NCBI GenBank assembly: GCA_963675915.1
Contig: OY780959.1
Span: 360,001-392,000, forward strand
Reading direction: 5' to 3'
DNA length: 32,000 nucleotides
DNA from: Coprobacillaceae bacterium
GTDB taxonomy: Bacteria; Bacillota_I; Bacilli_A; Erysipelotrichales; Coprobacillaceae
Shown: positions 26,332 to 32,000 of the stretch, in pieces
How the letters are laid out: each line of letters opens with the position of its first letter
Position numbering within the stretch: the stretch's first letter is position 1
Position numbers and translations under genes: made by a program
Notes under the pieces: generated by a model
Seen by the model: only the letters and a program-made list of their open reading frames with translations
Databases searched by the model: none
What the model was told of the DNA's origin: nothing

Positions 26332-26368
26332 GACAGATATAACATTTCCATAAGAAGGAAGGTGGCAA

Positions 26369-26968
26369 TTGGTGGCAATAACTTATGAGCTTATCATGAC
26401 AGGAATTATCGCAATAAGCATAGCTGGGCTCGTTGCTGCGATAATCGGGGATTTCTTTATGTACGATCAAAGCGAAGAAATCAAGACCGAGAAAAAGTCG
26501 ATTGTAGCAACTGGCAGCATGTTCATGTTCTATTTTATTTATCTGCTCTTTGTCATCAACAAATGGGGAATGATTGAAATAGAAAATGAGATGTTGAAGT
26601 CGGTATTGTTGACGGCCGGGACTTTGATGATTTCAACTGGTAGTGCAATCAATATTATCGCCAGGCTGCAGTTAAAAAGCAGCTGGGCCAATCATATCCG
26701 CATTTATGAAGATCAGAAGCTTTTGGATACCGGGACGTACGGAATTGTCAGACATCCTCTATACGCTTCGTTGATGCTGATGTTTTTTGGCGGGGCTATC
26801 GCATATGCCAACTGGTTAAGTGCTACGCTTACCGCACTGGTTTTCATTCCCTTCATGTATTACCGGGCAAAACAGGAAGAAGTGATGCTTGAAGTAGAGT
26901 TTGATGAGTACAAGCATTATAAAAAGACGACCGGGATGTTTTTTCCAAAGTTTAGACGATTGAAATAG
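26369..26968 (+). CDS. ICMT/PEMT-family membrane methyltransferase
   Basis: It is a multi-TM protein with GTYGIVRHPLYASLMLMFFGG, a motif typical of isoprenylcysteine carboxyl methyltransferase-like proteins. Confidence 0.7.
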   Translation: MVAITYELIMTGIIAISIAGLVAAIIGDFFMYDQSEEIKTEKKSIVATGSMFMFYFIYLLFVINKWGMIEIENEMLKSVLLTAGTLMISTGSAINIIARLQLKSSWANHIRIYEDQKLLDTGTYGIVRHPLYASLMLMFFGGAIAYANWLSATLTALVFIPFMYYRAKQEEVMLEVEFDEYKHYKKTTGMFFPKFRRLK

Positions 26969-27005
26969 GGCAATTTGTCCTGATTGTTCACTGGAGGTGA
27001 ATTGA

Positions 27006-27464
27006 ATGGCGAAATATAAAGTTGTAAGCATTTCAAAGAATGGCTTTGCTTTTTGCAGATACACCGTCGCCCTTTTGATCTGGAGTTCCTTGATTTTTCA
27101 GATTAAAGAACTCATGATCATCGTATTTATAATATTGGCTTCTTCTGCGATTTTAACTGTCAAACGGGCGCCGCTGGTGTGGCTGTACACTGTCACAATT
27201 GACAAGTTGTTCCCATCAAAAAGAGAAATTGTCAATGAAAAAGGCATGCGTTTTGCCCATACCCTGGGAACCACATTGGCAGCCATTGCTATCTTGTTTC
27301 TGTTTTTCATCAACGAAAAAGTCGGCTGGGGAGTAGTCTTCCTCTTTGCAGTGCTCAAGAGCTTCAGTGCTTTAGGCTATTGTTCTGGTTTGAAACTGTA
27401 TAATTGTCTGAACAATGGTCAGTGCTGTAGATTCAAAGGCCAGGAGAAAAATAAAAATGCTTGA
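27006..27464 (+). CDS. Small integral membrane protein with a C-terminal Cys-rich tail (possibly DUF4395-like)
   Basis: Four hydrophobic segments are present, plus RFAHTLG and the C-terminal GYCSGLKLYNCLNNGQCC. The family call is from memory only. Confidence 0.5.
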   Translation: MAKYKVVSISKNGFAFCRYTVALLIWSSLIFQIKELMIIVFIILASSAILTVKRAPLVWLYTVTIDKLFPSKREIVNEKGMRFAHTLGTTLAAIAILFLFFINEKVGWGVVFLFAVLKSFSALGYCSGLKLYNCLNNGQCCRFKGQEKNKNA

Positions 27465-28194
27465 TGAACATATCAAATTGGATGGCTTTGGGATTATGCC
27501 GAAGTTTTTTGGGATCTCGACCTACTCTATCTTGGTTGGACTAGGATTGATTGTCGGATTGATATATTATTTGGTTGATGCCAAAAAAAGACAGGCTCAT
27601 AACGAACATGCCATCGAAATTGTCGGAGCTGCATTATTATTTGGTTTCATTGGGGCCAAGGTCCCTTTGATTCTTGAAGGTTTGCCCCTGGAGAATATCA
27701 TTTTTGGCAAATCCATTGTTGGAGCATTGCTCGGGGGGATGCTGGGCGTGATTGTCATCAAAAGAATCAGAGGCATAAAAGCCCGGATGGGAAATATCAT
27801 TGCTCCCGCCATTGCCCTAGGCATGGCCATTGGGCGTTTGGGCTGTTTTTTCAATGGCTGCTGTTATGGCAAACCGGCTTCCTGGGGAGTCGATTTTGGC
27901 GATGGGATTTTAAGGTATCCGACCCAACTATTTGAAGTGGCTTTTCATCTTATTGCCTTTGTGATACTACATAATCTGAAAAATCGTGTGAAACGACCCG
28001 GTATTCTATTTCAGTACTATGTTTTGGCATATCTGGTATTCCGTTTCTTAATTGAATTTATCCGAGAAAACAAAGTCATAATGTTTAATCTTACCGTCTA
28101 TCAGTTGTTGTGTTTAGGGGGGATATTACTAATATCCTTAAGATTGATTTTAAGTGAAAGGAAAGTTGAAAATGAAAGAAAACAAGCAGGATGA
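27457..28194 (+). CDS. Lgt-family (prolipoprotein diacylglyceryl transferase-like) membrane protein, divergent paralog type
   Basis: IGRLGCFFNGCCYGKP and RYPTQLFEVAFH match Lgt family motifs. The ATG at 27457 follows AGGAGA and overlaps the preceding gene by 8 nt. Confidence 0.75.
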   Translation: MLDEHIKLDGFGIMPKFFGISTYSILVGLGLIVGLIYYLVDAKKRQAHNEHAIEIVGAALLFGFIGAKVPLILEGLPLENIIFGKSIVGALLGGMLGVIVIKRIRGIKARMGNIIAPAIALGMAIGRLGCFFNGCCYGKPASWGVDFGDGILRYPTQLFEVAFHLIAFVILHNLKNRVKRPGILFQYYVLAYLVFRFLIEFIRENKVIMFNLTVYQLLCLGGILLISLRLILSERKVENERKQAG

Positions 28195-28495
28195 ACAAGA
28201 TTTGAAAAAACCTGATAATCAAGGCGAGAAGAAACCGGGGATAGCTCGCTATTGTCTGATTGGCTGGATTGGTTCAGCTGCAATAATTAGTGGACTTATG
28301 CTTGCTACTGGCAATGGTTTTAATATGGCACCGATGGTTTTATTGTTTTCGGGAATTCTCTGGATTCCTATCACCCTGATTGCGGGAAGTATCAACAAAA
28401 AACGAGGTCGCAAGGCAGGATTAACGTTCATAGCTATTGGGGTCTTGATTACCTTATTCACTGTCGGAGGTTGTTTTGGCTCAATTATCAGCTAA
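28172..28495 (+). CDS. Small membrane protein (about 107 aa, 3 predicted TM segments)
   Basis: It overlaps the Lgt-like gene by 23 nt. A charged N-terminus is followed by hydrophobic segments. A GTG at 28154 is an alternative start. Confidence 0.55.
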   Translation: MKENKQDEQDLKKPDNQGEKKPGIARYCLIGWIGSAAIISGLMLATGNGFNMAPMVLLFSGILWIPITLIAGSINKKRGRKAGLTFIAIGVLITLFTVGGCFGSIIS

Positions 28496-28771
28496 TGCTT
28501 AATTGTCACAATTGTATCCAACTCTTTTTATGACTCTATTTTGAGGCGGTTAAAGTATTTTGGTTGTACAAGTTATTGCTATATCTTGAATATGACAACG
28601 TGACTGTTACTGCAATAGCTTTGAGTCAAATCCATTCACTAATGATGGTTAATACTACTACTTCCGGTTCGGCTTTGTAGAGATATTGTAAGTACCGGCG
28701 AATAGAGCGAGATTGAAGGAAGAATGTAAAATTGTAATAATCAAACTATAAGATAGAACTAATCAATAATG

Positions 28772-28909
28772 ATGGAGACTATGATACAGAAGATTACCTT
28801 GACGCTTTTCTGCTGTTGACTCAGTAGCATAACCTGCCAAGTGCAGGTTTTTGTTTTCTACTTAAAGTTGTGTTTTTGAAGAACATTAAAAGGAATGAGG
28901 AGTGTTGAA
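28772..28909 (+). repeat. Conserved leader block, copy 2 (intact), including a terminator-like hairpin aacctgcc-aagt-gcaggtt plus T-run
   Basis: It aligns with 21703-21779 plus 23825-23885. The hairpin lies at 28831-28849 and is followed by TTTTGTTTT. Confidence 0.75.
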
Positions 28910-30124
28910 ATGAAAAGAATGGTTGCATTGCTTACTATTTTGACTTTGGTATTGAGTGGCTGTCGCTCCGGATCTGAGGACGCAGCAGGCGAAAGAATTA
29001 TGAATTATTTTGAGGAACATTATGGCGAGGGGTATTCAATCGGAGAAGTCAATTACAACTACTTGAAAGGTTGTTATGACACCAATGTAAAATCAGCTGA
29101 ATTTGAAGCGGATTTTGCGCAAGCCGCCGAAAATTTGCCTGATAATCTCCGGGTTGATGATTCGCGATTTGTCATCGAAGCCATGCTTTGTGGGGATGAG
29201 ATATATATTGAGAAGCGGTTGAAAGTGGAAATTGTAGATCATGATGATAGCGTGGCTCTTGAAGAAAGCCGGGCTGTGCCTCGGGAAATTCGAAACATAA
29301 TTATTGAGCCGTTGAATGACAAATACGATCTTGATGTCTGGTCAATTGTCTATACCGATATTAATGGTCTCTTTGAACTATCCAGTGATTCCTATTTCAG
29401 TGAATTGCTCCGCTCGGATCTATTCGATGAGATTGAATTCAAAGATGCGGGATTTGAAAGATTCACAAGGGAATTTCTAGACCTGAACGATGATCCGGTT
29501 TTACGAAAAGACATTATTCGGGTTGATGATTTGGATGCATTTATTCTGCTGCAACAGGATCCTTCAATCAATATTGAATCTTTGGAAGACATAAAATGGT
29601 TCTCCAATCTGGAATGCGTTCTAATATTCGATCTCCCAGTTTCGGTTGATTTAAGTTATTTTAGCGATATGGAAAAACTGGATTATATCATCATTACTAA
29701 TGTTGCATCGCTTACCGGCGATTTAAGCGACTTGAGTGGATTAAGGAAATTGGAGTCCCTTGAAATCTCAGGGGAAGGGATAACCGGGAATCTAGGCAGT
29801 CTTGGGGAAATTGATAACCTTTCAAGCATCATCATATCCAATGCCCCAATTACCGGGGACCTTAGCGACATCGGGGGATTAGATTCCATTGGAGTCCTTA
29901 AGCTAAGGAATACCGAGATTACCGGGGATATCAGTTTTTTAAGCAGATACAAATCCCTTCAAGATATAGACTTGTCGAATACACAAGTTGGTGGCGATAT
30001 CTGCAGTCTAAAAGATCTTCATGAACTGACGGATTTGTATCTAGCCAACACCGATGTTTATGGCGATTCCGACTGCCTGGATGATTTGACCGACTACGAT
30101 TACAGTGGTTCTCAGATCAAGTGA
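28910..30124 (+). CDS. Leucine-rich-repeat lipoprotein (paralog 2)
   Basis: The ATG at 28910 follows GAGGAG. The lipobox is LSGC. The C-terminal LRRs (LTGDLSDLSGLRKLESLEISGEG, ITGDLSDIGGLDSIGVLKLRNTE ...) are collinear with paralog 1. Confidence 0.8.
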   Translation: MKRMVALLTILTLVLSGCRSGSEDAAGERIMNYFEEHYGEGYSIGEVNYNYLKGCYDTNVKSAEFEADFAQAAENLPDNLRVDDSRFVIEAMLCGDEIYIEKRLKVEIVDHDDSVALEESRAVPREIRNIIIEPLNDKYDLDVWSIVYTDINGLFELSSDSYFSELLRSDLFDEIEFKDAGFERFTREFLDLNDDPVLRKDIIRVDDLDAFILLQQDPSINIESLEDIKWFSNLECVLIFDLPVSVDLSYFSDMEKLDYIIITNVASLTGDLSDLSGLRKLESLEISGEGITGNLGSLGEIDNLSSIIISNAPITGDLSDIGGLDSIGVLKLRNTEITGDISFLSRYKSLQDIDLSNTQVGGDICSLKDLHELTDLYLANTDVYGDSDCLDDLTDYDYSGSQIK

Positions 30125-30254
30125 TTATATTATTTATTTTCTAGAGATATCGGTCGTAGTGAAGGACTTATCTTAAGTGGAATTTACACAATCAGTCCCT
30201 CACCTGTTTTATCATGATACATTTAATTTATTACACTGCAGTTAATTTATTATA

Positions 30255-30282
30255 TTGAATTTTTTTTATAATTAGGTATAAT
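30255..30282 (+). promoter_or_regulatory. Candidate sigma-A promoter (TTGAAT-16 nt-TATAAT) for the ferredoxin gene
   Basis: Direct reading. It lies about 30 nt upstream of the ferredoxin start codon. Confidence 0.5.
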
Positions 30283-30311
30283 TAAGCCATAAAAATGAAA
30301 GGAGAAAATTT

Positions 30312-30488
30312 ATGCATAAAATTGATTCTGAAGCTTGTCAGTTCTGTGGTGCTTGCAAAAGCGCATGTCCGCTTGAAGCAATAAGTAACCCAGAAGGTAC
30401 GATTTACTATGAAATCGACCCTGAGAAGTGTATTGATTGTGGGGCCTGTGAATCTGAGTGTGGTTTCGACGCTATTATTGTCGAGTAG
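30312..30488 (+). CDS. 2x[4Fe-4S] ferredoxin (58 aa), absent from the ORF track because it is below the size cut-off
   Basis: The translation is MHKIDSEACQFCGACKSACPLEAISNPEGTIYYEIDPEKCIDCGACESECGFDAIIVE. It contains two CxxCxxCxxxCP-type motifs. The RBS is AAAGGAGAA. Confidence 0.85.
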   Translation: MHKIDSEACQFCGACKSACPLEAISNPEGTIYYEIDPEKCIDCGACESECGFDAIIVE

Positions 30489-30521
30489 TACCTGCTTGTT
30501 TGGATTTACAAAGTGAAATTG

Positions 30522-30554
30522 AAAAGTCGGATATGACATTTTTATCCGGCTTTT
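30522..30554 (+). terminator. Rho-independent terminator after the ferredoxin gene
   Basis: aaaagtcggata-tgacatttt-tatccggctttt. Confidence 0.6.
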
Positions 30555-30907
30555 CACAGCGGCGATTAACGCCGTTAAGCATCATCAGGTTTATCTTATG
30601 AATAAATTTTTATAATACCGGACTAGTAGGGATACTGGTCTTTTTTTACTTGCTTGGAGAAGTTTCAAGCTAATCACGGGAGAGGAGATATCGGTGGTTG
30701 AATTGATAATGCAGGTGATAAAGATAATAATGTTACAGGAGTACCATATCTTAAAAATGCTTTGGTGAAAAAAGTCCATTTTAACAGATAAAATTGGCCT
30801 TGTTAGTAAAAATTTAACATAAATCAAAACATTAGTATGATATAATGAAACAAAGAGATATGATTAGTATTGATGCGATTTGGCAAATTTAAGATGAGGT
30901 GATAATC

Positions 30908-32000
30908 ATGAATAACCGTCAAATGCAGAATAGTTGTAATATACTTCTTGGTAAAATCATTTCTTTAAGGGAGGAAATCCTCCAAGAAGGACTGGAAACC
31001 TCCAAGATCTGGAGACCGGAAATAGAAAGACCTTTGTTTATCCCCAGTGCCGTAAATCTGGCATTTTACTTGGCCTTAAGACGCCGGGATATCAGTGATA
31101 TCCAGGCCTCATTAGCCCCACTGGGACTTTCGTCACTAGGAAGACTAGAATCAAAAACAATCAATAATATCGATGCCGTGATTGCCAGTTTAAGCAAACT
31201 TTGTGAGGTAAGCGAATATGACACCAAGGAAGCTTACAAACACGATTTCTATCAAATGGGAGAGTGGTTGCTTAACCGGAATACCAGGCGAATCTTCGGG
31301 GAAATATCCGATGGAAGATCGACCAGAATCATGGTAACTATTCCCGCCGAAGCCGGAAATAAATATAAGCTGGTTTATGAGCTGATATCCAGGGGGATGA
31401 ACGTTGCCAGAATCAATACTGCCCATGACAATGAAGAAGTCTGGGCCAATATGATCAAGAATGTTAGAAAGGCGGAAAAGGAACTAAACAAAGTCTGCAA
31501 AGTGCAAATGGACATTGCCGGACCGAAAGCGCGAATCAACCGCTTGATGACCACAGTTAAAAATGCGACAGTCAAGATCGGAGATACCTTCTGCATAACC
31601 GATAAGATCAGATGCAGCGATGACTATAAAACCGCCATCGTGCTTGTGTGCAGTTTACCTGAAGTCATTCCTTGTTTGAAAGTTGGAGAATCCGTGTCAG
31701 TTGATGATGGCATGGTTGAAGGGGTTATTGAATCAGTCACTGATCTCGGGGTCATGGTCAGAGTCACCAAACTGCTCAAGCCTCAAGGAGTCAAATTGAG
31801 AGTCGAAAAAGGTTTGAACTTCCCTAAATCAGACCTCGATATTGACATAATTACCGACAAGGATCGCCAAAGTCTTGATTTTGTCTGTGAAAATGCGGAT
31901 ATAATCGGGCTCTCATTTGTAAGAGATGGCAAAGATATCAAAATCCTTCAGGATGAAATTGCTAAAAGAGTTGGCAGTGAAAAAGCCAAGAATATCCCGA
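30908..32000 (+). CDS. Pyruvate-kinase-like protein with an N-terminal extension of about 150 aa; the 3' end is outside the window
   Basis: The ATG follows GAGGTG and the frame is open to the window end. TRIMVTIPAEAGNKYKLVYELISRGMNVARINTAHD and MDIAGPKAR parallel the PK motifs TKIVCTIGP...GMNVARLNFSHG and LDTKGPEIR. The ORF is not in the track because no stop lies in the window. Confidence 0.65.
   Translation, partial: MNNRQMQNSCNILLGKIISLREEILQEGLETSKIWRPEIERPLFIPSAVNLAFYLALRRRDISDIQASLAPLGLSSLGRLESKTINNIDAVIASLSKLCEVSEYDTKEAYKHDFYQMGEWLLNRNTRRIFGEISDGRSTRIMVTIPAEAGNKYKLVYELISRGMNVARINTAHDNEEVWANMIKNVRKAEKELNKVCKVQMDIAGPKARINRLMTTVKNATVKIGDTFCITDKIRCSDDYKTAIVLVCSLPEVIPCLKVGESVSVDDGMVEGVIESVTDLGVMVRVTKLLKPQGVKLRVEKGLNFPKSDLDIDIITDKDRQSLDFVCENADIIGLSFVRDGKDIKILQDEIAKRVGSEKAKNIP

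Noticed and set aside
30591-30827. Minus-strand 78-aa ORF, and 30282-30557 minus-strand 91-aa ORF
   Set aside because: The latter is antisense to the ferredoxin gene. The former has no RBS or motif and lies in an AT-rich spacer.
1-32000. CRISPR arrays, rRNA or tRNA genes
   Set aside because: I saw no regularly spaced short direct repeats. I saw no cloverleaf or rRNA-like sequence apart from the tRNA-like ends of the tmRNA.

Overview
This is a low-GC chromosomal segment. Gene content and the tmRNA tag suggest a Firmicutes/Mollicutes-related lineage using standard code 11. The left edge carries the conserved rnr (3' end) - smpB - ssrA (tmRNA) block. An accessory region of about 18.5 kb (about 1.3-19.8 kb) starts directly downstream of the tmRNA. 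It opens with a decayed integrative element: a truncated, frameshifted large serine recombinase and a LysM lysin remnant. Two inverted copies of a three-ORF IS66-family element (3473-6227 and 17057-19812) then bracket about 10.8 kb of cargo. The cargo holds a same-strand gene string: an McrB-like GTPase with an unusual architecture, McrC, an ADP-ribosylglycohydrolase with an unassigned C-terminal domain, and an EcsC-family protein with an EF-hand/dockerin-like loop. It also holds a nested 3.3 kb Mu/Tn552-like transposon (zinc-ribbon protein, DDE transposase, ExeA/TniB-like ATPase, small ORF) and a polytopic membrane protein. To the right lie metK and a 2 kb IS4/IS1634-like element inserted into a terminator hairpin of a conserved leader. 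Two paralogous LRR lipoprotein genes follow. Between them sits a tightly packed five-gene membrane operon: a radical SAM enzyme with extra N-terminal Cys clusters, an ICMT-like methyltransferase, a small Cys-rich membrane protein, a divergent Lgt-like transferase and a small membrane protein. The window ends with a 2x[4Fe-4S] ferredoxin missing from the ORF track and the 5' part of a divergent pyruvate-kinase-like gene. The two candidates for something undescribed are the McrBC-ARH-EcsC string and the radical SAM/Lgt-like operon. No CRISPR array, rRNA or tRNA was seen. All family assignments rest on motif recognition by eye, not on searches.
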